From positions 6,622-70,621 of the forward strand of contig CAYHDV010000002.1 of the NCBI GenBank assembly GCA_964355515.1: DNA of 64,000 nucleotides, in the 5' to 3' direction. This document shows, piece by piece, positions 30,467-40,953 of the stretch; position 1 is the first letter of the stretch, and each line of letters starts with the position of its first letter. The position numbers and the translations under genes are program-made. The notes beneath the pieces are model-generated. The model searched no databases. It saw nothing but the letters and a program-made list of their open reading frames with translations, and was not told the origin of the DNA. This DNA is from an uncultured Candidatus Saccharibacteria bacterium (GTDB taxonomy: Bacteria; Patescibacteriota; Minisyncoccia; Phycocordibacterales; CSBR16-119).

Positions 30467-32512
30467 ATGAATACCTTCGTACTAAAGAGCGAATATAGCC
30501 CTGCTGGAGATCAGCCAGAAGCCATCGCTGGCTTGGTAGATGGTCTGAAGAAGGGTTTGCGTAAGCAAACCCTTCTTGGAGTTACAGGGTCTGGGAAGAC
30601 CTATACAATTGCAAATGTTATAGAAAAAATCCAAAAGCCGACCCTCGTGATCGCTCACAACAAAACCCTCGCAGCTCAGCTTGCTCAGGAGTTCAAAGAA
30701 TTTTTCCCAGACAATGCAGTTCATTATTTCGTGTCCTATTACGACTACTACCAGCCAGAAGCCTACGTGCCGGTGACTGATACTTACATTGAAAAGGACG
30801 CATCTATCAACAAAGAGATAGACAGACTTCGACATGCGTCCACACAGTCTTTGCTTACAAGAAATGATGTGATCATTGTCGCTTCGGTATCCTGTATCTA
30901 TGGTCTGGGTTCCCCAAAAGAATATGAGAAACGTTTTATCTTTTTTAACAAAGACCAACAAATAAAAAGAATTGAACTTTTCAAGAAACTTATTGAGATG
31001 CAATACGAAAGAACAAATGCTGATTTGGAACCAGGCAAGTTTCGTGCTGTTGGAAATACTATAGAGATCATGCCAATTTCTTTTAAAAAAATGTATCGAC
31101 TAGAATTAGTGGGGAATCAAGTGGTAACACTAAAGGTTATAGACCCTGTGACATCGACCATTCTCGAAGAGCCAGATGAATTGTTTATTGCTCCTGCAAA
31201 GCACTTTATGACTAGTGCCGAAGGTAGAGATTCTGCTATTTCTTCAATAAAAGCAGAGCTAGATATTCATCTCAAAAAACTAGAAAAAGGTGGAAAAATT
31301 CTTGAAGCAGAAAGACTTAAGAGGAGAACCAATTATGACTTGGCGATGATACGAGAGGTTGGATATTGTTCTGGAATTGAAAATTACTCTAGGCATCTAT
31401 CAGGGAAAATGCCAGGCGAAGCACCAGATACTCTTTTGGAATATTTTCCTCATGACAAAAATGGTAATCCAGAGTTCCTCACTGTTATCGATGAGTCTCA
31501 TGTTACACTCCCTCAACTTCGGGCAATGTATGCAGGAGATCAGGCAAGAAAGGAGAACTTGGTTGAGTTTGGTTTCAGGCTACCTTCCGCAAAAGATAAT
31601 AGACCTCTTCAATATGAAGAGTTTACAAAAAGGGTTGGTGGTACGATATATGTTTCTGCCACACCCGGTGAGGTTGAAAGATCCGAGAAGACAGTTGAGC
31701 AGATTATCCGGCCAACAGGGCTTGTCGATCCAGAAATAATTATCCGGCCAATTGTCCCAGAAAAAGATGGATACAAAGGTCAGATTCAGGATTTTATTGA
31801 CGAAGCGGAAAAAGAAATAGTCAAAGGTGGTCGAGTACTTGCGACAACCCTTACAAAGAAAATGGCAGAGGATTTGTCGGAATATCTAAAAGAGAGAGAA
31901 ATAAAAGCGGCCTATATTCACAGCGATATCAAGACAATAGAGAGAATTCAAATTATTACAGAGTTTAGAAAAGGGAAGTTTGATATTCTTGTCGGGGTGA
32001 ATCTCCTTCGAGAGGGGCTTGATATGCCAGAAGTCACACTTATTGGTATTTTAGATGCGGACAAAGAAGGTTTTCTACGCTCAGAAACATCTCTTGTTCA
32101 GACAATTGGACGCGCAGCCAGAAATATAGATGGAAGGGTTATTCTCTATGCCGATAGGATGACTGGTTCTATGGAGAGAGCCATAGCTGAGACTAAGCGT
32201 CGTCGGGATATTCAGCTAGAGTACAACAAGAAAAATGGTATCACTCCAAAGACTATTATAAAAAGTATAAAAGATATTACAGAGGCGCTTCAGTCAGATC
32301 ATGAAAAAGCTGTGAATTTGGAACTAGAAACAGAATTTTCAAAAATCGAAAATCTCCCAACAAAAAAGAAAGAGCTTGAATTGAAAAAAATAATAAAAAG
32401 AAAAGAGAGCGATATGAACAAAGCTGTTGGAGAGCTAGACTTTGAAACAGCTGCGATTATACGAGATGAGCTTACTATTCTTCGTGGAATGCAGATGACT
32501 ACTAAGCTTTAA
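30467..32512 (+). CDS. uvrB: Excinuclease ABC subunit B
   Basis: GVTGSGKTYTIANVIEK Walker A, helicase motifs and a C-terminal UVR domain (AAIIRDELTILRG). Confidence 0.95.
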   Translation: MNTFVLKSEYSPAGDQPEAIAGLVDGLKKGLRKQTLLGVTGSGKTYTIANVIEKIQKPTLVIAHNKTLAAQLAQEFKEFFPDNAVHYFVSYYDYYQPEAYVPVTDTYIEKDASINKEIDRLRHASTQSLLTRNDVIIVASVSCIYGLGSPKEYEKRFIFFNKDQQIKRIELFKKLIEMQYERTNADLEPGKFRAVGNTIEIMPISFKKMYRLELVGNQVVTLKVIDPVTSTILEEPDELFIAPAKHFMTSAEGRDSAISSIKAELDIHLKKLEKGGKILEAERLKRRTNYDLAMIREVGYCSGIENYSRHLSGKMPGEAPDTLLEYFPHDKNGNPEFLTVIDESHVTLPQLRAMYAGDQARKENLVEFGFRLPSAKDNRPLQYEEFTKRVGGTIYVSATPGEVERSEKTVEQIIRPTGLVDPEIIIRPIVPEKDGYKGQIQDFIDEAEKEIVKGGRVLATTLTKKMAEDLSEYLKEREIKAAYIHSDIKTIERIQIITEFRKGKFDILVGVNLLREGLDMPEVTLIGILDADKEGFLRSETSLVQTIGRAARNIDGRVILYADRMTGSMERAIAETKRRRDIQLEYNKKNGITPKTIIKSIKDITEALQSDHEKAVNLELETEFSKIENLPTKKKELELKKIIKRKESDMNKAVGELDFETAAIIRDELTILRGMQMTTKL

Positions 32513-32514
32513 AG

Positions 32515-32828
32515 CTTGTGCCCCTCTCCTGGGGAGGAGTGAGGTTGGGGCGAGGTCGTAATCAATTACAAAGCTCTCAATCTTGCGTCTTTCCCGCGAA
32601 CGTGGGAATCCAGAAATAAACCACCCACATTCATAAAACGTACCGTCTTTGCGAGGCACGAAGCAATCCAGAGTGATGAATTTCTGGATTGCCACGTCGC
32701 CAAGCTCCTCGCAAAGACGCTAGGTGCATTGTCTCTGTATTGTAAACCCTGGATTCCCGTGTACACAGGAATGAAGAGTTGAGGGTTTAGTCATCAACCA
32801 AAAAACACCCTTTCGGGTGTTTTTTGGT
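32515..32828. repeat. Cluster of nested hairpin repeats downstream of uvrB, ending in a terminator
   Basis: 32582..32616 matches the ~50-nt block at 23502..23535. 13-bp inverted repeat ccgtctttgcgagg/cctcgcaaagacg at 32643..32720 encloses an inner hairpin. ggattcccgtgtacacaggaatg at 32748..32774. Terminator aaaaaacaccctttcgggtgtttttt at 32801..32828. Confidence 0.75.
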
Positions 32829-33005
32829 TTGCTACCAATCAGTCTCATCTGTCAGAGCGTCATCGCTATCCTCATCGTCTTCATCTAGCAAATCATCACC
32901 TGACCCCATTAATTCGTCATCTTCTAACTCATCATAATCATTATTTGACATAGCGTTTTTCACTTGTAGCTACTAATGAATAATCCTATATAAAGGGTTT
33001 AAAAT

Positions 33006-33065
33006 TTATTTCTTTTTTGCTGTTTTCTTTGCTACTTTCTTTTTTGCTGCTTTTTTTGCTGCCAT
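33006..33065 (-). CDS. Tiny Lys/Ala-rich ORF (19 aa MAAKKAAKKKVAKKTAKKK); speculative
   Basis: ATG…TAA on the minus strand inside a ttttgctgc-type repeat. Confidence 0.15.
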   Translation of the reverse strand: MAAKKAAKKKVAKKTAKKK

Positions 33066-33267
33066 ATTATTGTCATGAAAAAATCTTTTATTAAAAACGA
33101 CCCACGACTTTCACATTCTATCTCCGCAGGATGTATATCTGATTTTGACACAGGGAACCTAGAGGATAAGTACATGCAAACATATTGTACGACCAAATAT
33201 AAAAAATATAAATAATCAAAAATCTATTTTGGGGATAAATGTTAACCTCTGATGTATAATAAATTTT

Positions 33268-34368
33268 ATGGAAGAAATAAGAAAAGAAGAATCAGGTATA
33301 TCTGGGTTTTTGGCAAGGAAGAGACACTGGATTGCTCCCGTGGCTATCTTTGGGGGGTTTATTGGTGATATGTTTACCTTGAATCAGATAGACCAGATTT
33401 TCGACAATGCTGTTTTGATAGTGCATCTTCTTATTTCAGGTTTTGCGATAGCCATGCTTTTTACCACCGGCTCAAAAATCGGAGAAAAAATCAACATATC
33501 TCTGAAGTCTTCCATACTAGAAGCACTAATGCTGTTTTCTTTTGGGGGACTTTTTTCAGGTTTCGCAATTTTCTATACTAGGTCCGGCTCATTTGCTTCG
33601 AGCTGGCCTTTTATTGTTATCATGCTTCTTCTTATGCTTGGCACAGAGCTTTATAAGAAAGTTTATCGAAAAATGGTTTTTCAGATAACAATATATTTTA
33701 TTGCCATCTTTTCTTACATGATTATTCTTGTACCTCTTCTTTTAAACAAGATGGGGTCAGTTGTTTTTGTATTAAGCGGAATATCTACAATAGGTATAAT
33801 CTATGTTTATTTTAAAATACTGAGGTTACTAAACAAAAATAGGTATGAAGAGTATATAGGTAAGATAACAATATCTATAGGTTTATTTTTTGTTATTTTT
33901 AATTTTGCTTATTTCACAAACATAATTCCTCCTGTTCCGTTGTCCCTCAAATTTACGGCAGTTTACCACCATGTAGAAAAACTCTACCCCGGGTATGAAG
34001 CTACATATGAGTCAAATCCTTGGTACAACATTTTTAGAAAAAGAAGTCGAGTATTTCATCGATTTGGTTCTGAGCCTGTGTGGGTATTTGCGTCTGTGTT
34101 TGCCCCTACTTCTTTTTCTGCAGAAGTAAATCACGTCTGGGAATACTTTGATACTGAGACATTGAAATGGGTTTATAAAGGGCGAGTTCCTCTGACTATC
34201 CAAGGGGGAAGTAAGAAAGGTTGGGCAGGGTTTAGCTACAGAGAAGATATCCAAGATGGTAGATGGAGAGTGGGCGTGGAAACAAAGCAGGGCCAAGTAA
34301 TAGGCTATGTCTACATAAGAGTTATCTCAGTGGAAGAGCCACCAAGACTTACAACAGAGAGACCTTAG
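33268..34368 (+). CDS. Polytopic membrane protein with C-terminal soluble domain, unknown function
   Basis: 366-aa ORF with ~7 TM helices in the first 230 aa. Confidence 0.5.
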   Translation: MEEIRKEESGISGFLARKRHWIAPVAIFGGFIGDMFTLNQIDQIFDNAVLIVHLLISGFAIAMLFTTGSKIGEKINISLKSSILEALMLFSFGGLFSGFAIFYTRSGSFASSWPFIVIMLLLMLGTELYKKVYRKMVFQITIYFIAIFSYMIILVPLLLNKMGSVVFVLSGISTIGIIYVYFKILRLLNKNRYEEYIGKITISIGLFFVIFNFAYFTNIIPPVPLSLKFTAVYHHVEKLYPGYEATYESNPWYNIFRKRSRVFHRFGSEPVWVFASVFAPTSFSAEVNHVWEYFDTETLKWVYKGRVPLTIQGGSKKGWAGFSYREDIQDGRWRVGVETKQGQVIGYVYIRVISVEEPPRLTTERP

Positions 34369-34370
34369 AT

Positions 34371-34964
34371 TTAATTCTCTATCTCTTTATTTTCTTCTAC
34401 AATTTCCCAGAATGCATCCACCCCTTTTTTTGTAATAGCGGAAAAGGGAATTAGTCTCACAAATGGTGGGACTTCATTTCCTGCTTTCTTCAGAGAAGCT
34501 GAGAGTTCTTTTTGATTTAGCTTATCTGTTTTGTTTAAAAGTCCGATGATTTTTCCGGATTGTGAAGACTCAAGGATTTCGAGCATTTCTCTATCCAAAT
34601 CAGTCATACCTATTTTTGCATCCATAACCACAACATGGGTTCTGTTTGGCACTTCCGTCTCATCTACAAACCAAAGAATAAGTTGTCTGAGTTTTTCTTG
34701 CTCGGTTTTACTCATTTTTGCATATCCATATCCTGGAAGGTCTACAAAATACAAAGAATTATTTATATCATAAAAGTTGATTTCTCTTGTTTTCCCAGGG
34801 GTTCCAGATGGTCTCGCAAGAGTATTTCTACCCAAAAGTGCGTTTATACTTGAAGATTTCCCTGCGTTTGATCTCCCATAGAAAACAAACTGGGGCTTAT
34901 CCTTATCCCAAAATTCCTTACCAAGTACAACACCTTTTATAAATTCAGCACTCGTTATTTTCAT
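34371..34964 (-). CDS. engB: Ribosome-biogenesis GTPase EngB/YsxC
   Basis: GRSNAGKSSSINALLGRNTLARPSGTPGKTREINFY is the EngB G1–G2 signature, with DLPGYG as G3. Confidence 0.88.
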   Translation of the reverse strand: MKITSAEFIKGVVLGKEFWDKDKPQFVFYGRSNAGKSSSINALLGRNTLARPSGTPGKTREINFYDINNSLYFVDLPGYGYAKMSKTEQEKLRQLILWFVDETEVPNRTHVVVMDAKIGMTDLDREMLEILESSQSGKIIGLLNKTDKLNQKELSASLKKAGNEVPPFVRLIPFSAITKKGVDAFWEIVEENKEIEN

Positions 34965-35020
34965 AGTGTTTAGTATATGTAAAAAGATGTGTAATCACAA
35001 GCTTGTGGTAGTCGGGTGCA

Positions 35021-35058
35021 AAAATGGGTCGCGAGCAAAAGCTCGCGACCCATTTTTT
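35021..35058. terminator. Hairpin terminator
   Basis: aaaatgggtcgcgagcaaaagctcgcgacccatttttt. Confidence 0.6.
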
Positions 35059-35063
35059 AAAAA

Positions 35064-36434
35064 TTAATATCTCTTCCTAAAACCTTGTTTTCTTTGCACC
35101 GGAGATGCAGTTATCTGTGTTCCTTCTTGAACAAATGTTAGAGCTTTTCCTTTTTGTTTAGCTCGTCCTGTTCGTCCAATTCGGTGCACATAGTCTTCCT
35201 GAGTTTGTGGGAGGTCGTAGTTTATAACATGGGACACATCATCCACATGGATTCCTCGAGCTGCCACATCTGTGGCTACTAGCACTCGCACCTCTCCTTT
35301 TTTGAAAGATTCAAGGGCTCGTTGTCTTTGGGTGTGGTTCTTGTTTCCATGGATAGAAGTTGCCCTTATTCCTTCGGCAACAAGCTCTTTTGAAAGCTTC
35401 TCCACACTGTGCTTCATAGAACCGAAAATAATTACCCTGTTGAAACTCTTATCTTCAAAAAGCTTTACAAGTGTTTCGAATTTTGAGTGTGCTCCATATT
35501 TAACCACATTTTGTTCGATACTATCTATAACATCTTTTTTCCTTACAGAAACAATTACTGGATCGTTCAAGAATTCATGAGTGAGCTGTTGAGTTGCTGG
35601 CGTCATTGTTGCTGAGAAAAATAGAGTTTGTCTATTTTTTGGAGTTGCTTGTAGGATTTTTTTCATATCATTGATAAATCCCATATCAAGCATTCGGTCA
35701 GCTTCATCGAGCACCACTGTTGATATTTCCTTTGGTTTTATTGCACCTCGGTCAATCAAGTCGATAACTCGTCCAGGTGTCCCAATAATAAATTGGTTTG
35801 TTCTTTGGAGCATTTTTAATTGTGGGTGAATACTCATTCCTCCTACACAAGTTACAGAGTAGATTTGTAGGTTTCGAGCCATTTTTCGTAGCTCTTCTTG
35901 GATTTGGATTGCGAGCTCTCTTGTAGGAGCTAGAATCAGAGTTTTCATTGAGGGTGTATCCATTGTTTGTTGTACAAGAGGCACCAGGAAAGCTGCTGTT
36001 TTACCAGTTCCTGTTTCAGCTAGACCAATTATATCTCGCCCTTCTAGAGAAGCGGGGATTGTTTGGTCCTGAATAGGTGAGGGAACTTTGATTCCCATGT
36101 TTGTCACTATCTGTGCTAGCTTTGGAGTGATATTAAATTCATTGAAGCTTTTATGTTTTGGAACATAGATTTCTTCTTTGATTTCAATAGGATTTGTGTT
36201 GATAAAGATAGATGGGTCAAAGGTTGGCATTTTTCTTCCTCCTCCATTTTTCTTTCCACCTCGGTTAGACCCTCCAGATCCACCAAAAGGCTTTCGTCCA
36301 CCAGAACGATTGTTGTTATTTCCAAACTTGGAATCATTATTAAATTTTCGTACGCGTGGCGTAGATAAAGAAGGGGATTGTCGTAATCCAGATTTTGAAT
36401 TACCACGATCTCCTCGAGTTTTTATATTATTCAT
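35064..36434 (-). CDS. DEAD-box ATP-dependent RNA helicase with RGG-rich N-terminal tail
   Basis: Q-motif/AETGTGKTAAF, DEAD (VLDEADRMLDMGF), SAT and HRIGRTGR motifs. N-terminal 70 aa are G/R/N-rich. Confidence 0.9.
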   Translation of the reverse strand: MNNIKTRGDRGNSKSGLRQSPSLSTPRVRKFNNDSKFGNNNNRSGGRKPFGGSGGSNRGGKKNGGGRKMPTFDPSIFINTNPIEIKEEIYVPKHKSFNEFNITPKLAQIVTNMGIKVPSPIQDQTIPASLEGRDIIGLAETGTGKTAAFLVPLVQQTMDTPSMKTLILAPTRELAIQIQEELRKMARNLQIYSVTCVGGMSIHPQLKMLQRTNQFIIGTPGRVIDLIDRGAIKPKEISTVVLDEADRMLDMGFINDMKKILQATPKNRQTLFFSATMTPATQQLTHEFLNDPVIVSVRKKDVIDSIEQNVVKYGAHSKFETLVKLFEDKSFNRVIIFGSMKHSVEKLSKELVAEGIRATSIHGNKNHTQRQRALESFKKGEVRVLVATDVAARGIHVDDVSHVINYDLPQTQEDYVHRIGRTGRAKQKGKALTFVQEGTQITASPVQRKQGFRKRY

Positions 36435-36615
36435 TATTATTTTTTTCTATTAAAGGAGATTCGAGTCTCCGGCGTGCAGACATTAATCCAAACGATTATT
36501 TAAGCGTCTGTTACCTTTGAGCTCTACACAAATATCAAAAGATATAGAGAGAATAGCATGGTTGCATCATAAAGTCAAGATAACAAAAATACCCCATAAC
36601 GGGGTATTCAGATCT

Positions 36616-36816
36616 TCAGCGGAAGAGGTTTATCATTCTTTGAATTACATCAGGAACATTGTTTTTTATTTCCACTGGTAGTGCATAGAGCCTTTTGTAC
36701 TTTTTGTCCAGTTCTATTTTCCAATTTTCTCCATAGAGATGTTTATATAATTCTTCATCTCCGATACAATCGTCTTCTTCTTTGTATATCGCAGTATTCA
36801 ATATGTTTCTGACCAT
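36616..36816 (-). CDS. Small hypothetical protein
   Basis: 66-aa ORF with terminator hairpin ataccccataacggggtat just downstream. Confidence 0.35.
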   Translation of the reverse strand: MVRNILNTAIYKEEDDCIGDEELYKHLYGENWKIELDKKYKRLYALPVEIKNNVPDVIQRMINLFR

Positions 36817-36988
36817 CGTGCCATAATTTGTTTATTTTATTATATCTGAAAAATTCTCTTGTTGCAATAGTTTGGGACAATCGGTGGCAAGGAAACCCAC
36901 TTATTTTAGATAAAAAATAACTTACCTATTATTAAGCTCAGAATACAAATCGCAAGGGCGGCCCTTGCGATTTGCTACTCTTATTATC

Positions 36989-37189
36989 TTATTTATCACC
37001 AAAGTATTTCCCTGCAACACTCACTGCAAATGAAGGCAATATGATGAAAACACATGTCATGAGAAGTTTCATAAGTGTTATATTTGGTTGCGTGTTGTCA
37101 TCTGGTCCGCCAAAGATAACAAGAGAAATTCCTATAATCCCAAACATAATTGATGCATATATAAATATTCGTGGTGCTAGTTTTTTCAT
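36989..37189 (-). CDS. Small two-TM membrane protein
   Basis: 66-aa hydrophobic ORF. Confidence 0.4.
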   Translation of the reverse strand: MKKLAPRIFIYASIMFGIIGISLVIFGGPDDNTQPNITLMKLLMTCVFIILPSFAVSVAGKYFGDK

Positions 37190-37261
37190 ATATTTATTAT
37201 ATCACTTAGATACTTGCTATCAAAGATTAAAAAATCGCCCAGTTGGGCGATTTTTGTATGC

Positions 37262-37651
37262 TTAGAATAGTGACTTGTATTTCTCCCGATTTTCCCAAAG
37301 GAAATAGATATTAATAAGGAAGAAAACATTTCCCATAATAGCTCCTGATGTTAGCAATCCTCCATCCATAAATGCGTGGAAGCCAACAATGTTTAATGTA
37401 ATAGGAAGGATCAGCAGGGAAACAAGAGCCATTTTGTTTTTTATAATAAGTGCAAGCGAGATAAGGAAAACGACAGCCATCATCCACATGATATATCCGG
37501 CATTTGTCAGCATCATGACAAAGTCAAACGCTTCTGGTGTATTGTAGAGGTCTGATGTTGGTGCTGGGAATATGCCAAGCACTCCAAGTATTGGCATAAC
37601 AAGGATAAGTGATAATACAATTTTCAAAACTATGTTTATTATTTTTTTCAT
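37262..37651 (-). CDS. Membrane protein (4 TM), unknown function
   Basis: 129-aa ORF followed by terminator at 37690..37722 (aaaaggctgaccttaccggtcagcctttt). Confidence 0.45.
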   Translation of the reverse strand: MKKIINIVLKIVLSLILVMPILGVLGIFPAPTSDLYNTPEAFDFVMMLTNAGYIMWMMAVVFLISLALIIKNKMALVSLLILPITLNIVGFHAFMDGGLLTSGAIMGNVFFLINIYFLWENREKYKSLF

Positions 37652-37724
37652 ATGTTTGAATTATATCATGTATAAATAGAGTGTACAAAAAGGCTGACCT
37701 TACCGGTCAGCCTTTTATTGTGGG

Positions 37725-38114
37725 TTATGCCAAGAGATATCCTCTCAGCTTCTCCTTTTCTCTTTCCGACAAATCCTCCGCTTTTTGGTTGTCTACGAGC
37801 TCACACTTGTTGTGAGTGAAATCAACACCCACACCTGCGACCGTTTCATTTATTTCCCGTAGGAAATTATCTGAAACCGACATCGCAACCACCTTGGCTG
37901 TTGGGTTACCCTTTGATTCTTTAAGGGAAACAGTTTTAATTTTCTTTTCAAGTATGTACGTGCCTGACAAGAAAAAGAGGTCAAATTTTATTCCTGTGTC
38001 AACTTCTTCTATGGAGTGAACGGAGGCCCTACCTTTATACAATTCTTGGAGGATCTTTGTGATTTGGTCACTGTTATGACTGTCATATACTAGTACTTTT
38101 TTAATATCTCCCAT
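37725..38114 (-). CDS. Hypothetical cytoplasmic protein
   Basis: 129-aa ORF. Confidence 0.4.
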   Translation of the reverse strand: MGDIKKVLVYDSHNSDQITKILQELYKGRASVHSIEEVDTGIKFDLFFLSGTYILEKKIKTVSLKESKGNPTAKVVAMSVSDNFLREINETVAGVGVDFTHNKCELVDNQKAEDLSEREKEKLRGYLLA

Positions 38115-38302
38115 CTTTCTTTTAATTTTGATTTTAAAAAAACATTACAGTAATTATTAGAAATGTCAAGAGGGATTTATAATTCTTATCCTTAGGGGCG
38201 AGCACTTTGCTTAAGGATAATTAGTCTTTGTATTTAGACCTATTGTTGCCACCACTTAACTGAAGGTTCTAGTCTCCTTAGAGATTCTGGTATAATAATT
38301 AT

Positions 38303-38707
38303 ATGCAAAAACAAAGAATTACATTTTGGGTAATATGGTTATTGAAAGCCATCACCGCCTTTATTCTTCTCCAAACATTATTTTTTAAATTTACGGGACA
38401 TCCGCAATCAGTAGAGCTTTTTACCAAACTTGGACTATTTGGATTAGATGAATCTATTGGAAGAATAGGAACTGGAATAATTGAGCTACTTGTTTCCATA
38501 ATCCTTCTTATCCCTAGAACAGCAATTCTGGGGTCTTTGGGTGTAGTAGGGCTTATGACAGGAGCACTTTATTTCCACATAACGATTCTTGGCTTTGATG
38601 GAGCAAATGGTCAGCTTGCAGTTATGGCTTCCTTTGCTTTAGTTTCAGGTGTAGTAGTTTTTATTTTTGAATATATAGAATCACGATCTAGAAAGATTAG
38701 AGTCTAA
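38303..38707 (+). CDS. DoxX-like 4-TM membrane protein
   Basis: Size and topology fit, and an extended -10 (ggtataat) lies at 38283. Confidence 0.45.
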   Translation: MQKQRITFWVIWLLKAITAFILLQTLFFKFTGHPQSVELFTKLGLFGLDESIGRIGTGIIELLVSIILLIPRTAILGSLGVVGLMTGALYFHITILGFDGANGQLAVMASFALVSGVVVFIFEYIESRSRKIRV

Positions 38708-38751
38708 AGAGAAGCCTCTTTTTAGACATGAGATAATCTAAAAGAACCTTC

Positions 38752-39015
38752 CTAAAAAAGAGGGTTCTTCTTTAATGTGTGACCCAGAATAAACGCGAAT
38801 CCTGTGTAGGGAAGACTAGATATAAAAAGTACAAAATAATTTAGTCTTCCTTTTGCGATTATGCTAATAGTTATAAATTTAAATAGTATATTCAAAAAAA
38901 GAAAAGCCACAGGAAAGACAAGTATATCTATTCCCATATGATGCATGGCAATATATATAATAAATCCTGAGACTAAAAATAAATCCACAAAAGCCATGAT
39001 GATGCTCCATGTCAA
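38752..39015 (-). CDS. Small membrane protein
   Basis: 87-aa hydrophobic ORF. Confidence 0.4.
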   Translation of the reverse strand: MTWSIIMAFVDLFLVSGFIIYIAMHHMGIDILVFPVAFLFLNILFKFITISIIAKGRLNYFVLFISSLPYTGFAFILGHTLKKNPLF

Positions 39016-39250
39016 AAGGAGAGTAGAGATTTTTTAAATAATAAGAAGATTTTTGTCAGTCAAATCTTCCAGCAAGGTGAGCTTCTCTTCAGAGCTAATA
39101 TCGGAAGATTTTTGTAAGAAAGTTATAAACGAATCTTTGTATTTCATTTTTTGATTATATCAAGGAAAAGAAAGATGTAAGGGTGTGTCGCCCAGAGGTT
39201 AGCCTTTTCTCTTATCTTGAAAAGGAGTATGCTCTAGGGATAGATATTAT

Positions 39251-40324
39251 ATGCAGATACTAGTAAACAATCCTCTAGAGCAAACAATCCTTTTTGGAGT
39301 CATCTTCCTGGTTGTTTTTGTACTTACTTTCCGGAAAAAGGATGGGTATACGACATTTGCATTTACACAAGAATTAAAAGGCTTTGCCATTCTAACTGTC
39401 ATATTGGGGCATATTGGATATTTTCTGTCGAGCAATCAAGAATTTTTGTTTCCTTTTTCAATTATGATGGGGGTTGGGGTGAATCTGTTTTTGTTTTTGT
39501 CTGGGTATGGAATAACTTTTTCCCAAATTACAAAAGGGGAGAGTGTGGTGCAGTTTTATAAAAAAAGACTCCTCAAGTTGTTTATACCATTTTGGATTAT
39601 TCTTGGAGCGTTTGTGGCGTCTTCATATATATTCTTAGAGAAAGTATATTCTTGGGGCTTCTTAGCTCAGTCATTTTTTGGAGTATTCACAAGCGCAAAT
39701 ATATTCACAGATATTAATTCTCCGCTTTGGTATTTCACATTCATCATCTTCTGCTATCTTGTGTTTCCTTTGGTGTTCAATAAAAAAAGACCTTGGATAA
39801 GTGCTTTTCTTTTGTATTTGATTACTTGGTTTGTGGTAAAGGCGGATCCTGATGTGCTTGCTGATGTCATTGGCCTCTACAGAGTGCATCTCCTAGTTTT
39901 TCCTCTTGGGATGCTATCTGCGTGGTTTGTTTCTTCTAAATCCCATCTCCTCGCACCACTTGGTCAAATATACAAAAAGTACAATACCTATTTTTATCCA
40001 GTAGTTATTCCCGTACTTCTTTTGCTTGTCGGGTACTTTGCAGTTCATTCAGGGATAGGGGAGTCAGTCGCGAGTGAGCAAGTACGAAGTCTGCTTGTAG
40101 TAGGAGCACTCTTGCTCTTGTTTATAATAAAAAAAAGAGAGTCAAAACTCTTTAGCTTGTTCGGTAAGTATTCATACGAAATATATTTGTTCCATTGGCC
40201 GCTTTTGTATTACTATGATTTCCTCTACAAATACATGCCAGCATGGATTGCTACAGTGCTGTACTTGATTATCTTTCTTGGGCTAGGGAAGTTGTTTCAG
40301 AAGATTGTAGAAAAAATAAAGTAA
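39251..40324 (+). CDS. Acyltransferase-3 family membrane O-acyltransferase
   Basis: 10 TM helices and the N-terminal ELKGFAILTVILGHIG motif typical of acyltransferase_3 (OatA-like). Confidence 0.7.
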   Translation: MQILVNNPLEQTILFGVIFLVVFVLTFRKKDGYTTFAFTQELKGFAILTVILGHIGYFLSSNQEFLFPFSIMMGVGVNLFLFLSGYGITFSQITKGESVVQFYKKRLLKLFIPFWIILGAFVASSYIFLEKVYSWGFLAQSFFGVFTSANIFTDINSPLWYFTFIIFCYLVFPLVFNKKRPWISAFLLYLITWFVVKADPDVLADVIGLYRVHLLVFPLGMLSAWFVSSKSHLLAPLGQIYKKYNTYFYPVVIPVLLLLVGYFAVHSGIGESVASEQVRSLLVVGALLLLFIIKKRESKLFSLFGKYSYEIYLFHWPLLYYYDFLYKYMPAWIATVLYLIIFLGLGKLFQKIVEKIK

Positions 40325-40403
40325 GAGGGCTGAATTTATTTTTTTGTAAGTTAATAAATACTATTTAGACAAAAAAAGCCCACCTTGCGGTTGGGCTTAA
40401 ATT

Positions 40404-40808
40404 CTAATTTTCAGGACCTTCTATTCTAAAAGTAGCCTTGATACCTCTGTCACTGAAGAAATCTTCAGATGCTTTTTTGAGTTGTTCTTGTCCTCCCTTT
40501 AACCCTTTAAGTGAGGCAGCGAGTAATGAACCGGGTGTGATTAAATCAAGTTGCTCTATTGAGACCTTACCATCGACACCTTCAACACCACACTCAAATC
40601 CATAAAGCTTTGTCCAATCTTCTCCTTTTGTTTGAGCTTCTGGGCTGTTGAGGTCTATGGGCTCAGGGTCTGAAGTTATTGTCGTTTTGGTTGGGTTCTG
40701 TCTTAACTTGTCCCAGTAGATAACATCTACCCCTTTTTTAAATTGATTGATTGTCATGCGTGTACGTTTAATTTGTTCAGATATTACATTATTTACACAA
40801 AATGTCAA
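40404..40808 (-). CDS. Hypothetical protein (island gene 1); true start possibly at internal Met (MTINQF)
   Basis: First 17 codons lie within a ~60-nt block that is also found as 5'-UTR at 41799..41835. Confidence 0.45.
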   Translation of the reverse strand: MTFCVNNVISEQIKRTRMTINQFKKGVDVIYWDKLRQNPTKTTITSDPEPIDLNSPEAQTKGEDWTKLYGFECGVEGVDGKVSIEQLDLITPGSLLAASLKGLKGGQEQLKKASEDFFSDRGIKATFRIEGPEN

Positions 40809-40835
40809 AATGGAAGTGGAAGCCTTACTCTGGGC

Positions 40836-40876
40836 TTATTTAGCAAGTATTTAGCAAGGACAGTCCTAGCTAGTTA
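40836..40876. repeat. Palindromic island repeat (family 3, long form)
   Basis: tatttagcaagtatttagcaaggacagtcctagctagtta matches 42484..42523. Confidence 0.8.
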
Positions 40877-40953
40877 GAGGCTCCGAACTTGGGATGAAGT
40901 TCGAATAGAAATAATAAAAGGCTGAATGCATTTGCAGACAGCCTTTATTGAAG

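Noticed and set aside
32435-32766. Track ORFs 32435..32695 (−) and 32566..32766 (−)
   Set aside because: They lie entirely within the GC-rich nested-hairpin repeat cluster. Their amino-acid composition reflects the repeats, not a coding region.
32831-32951. Highly acidic 39-aa peptide (MSNNDYDELEDDELMGSGDD…) on the minus strand
   Set aside because: The frame is broken by an A-run (AAAG) after 24 codons, the acidic sequence only continues in another frame, and it lies inside the hairpin-repeat cluster. Probably not a gene.
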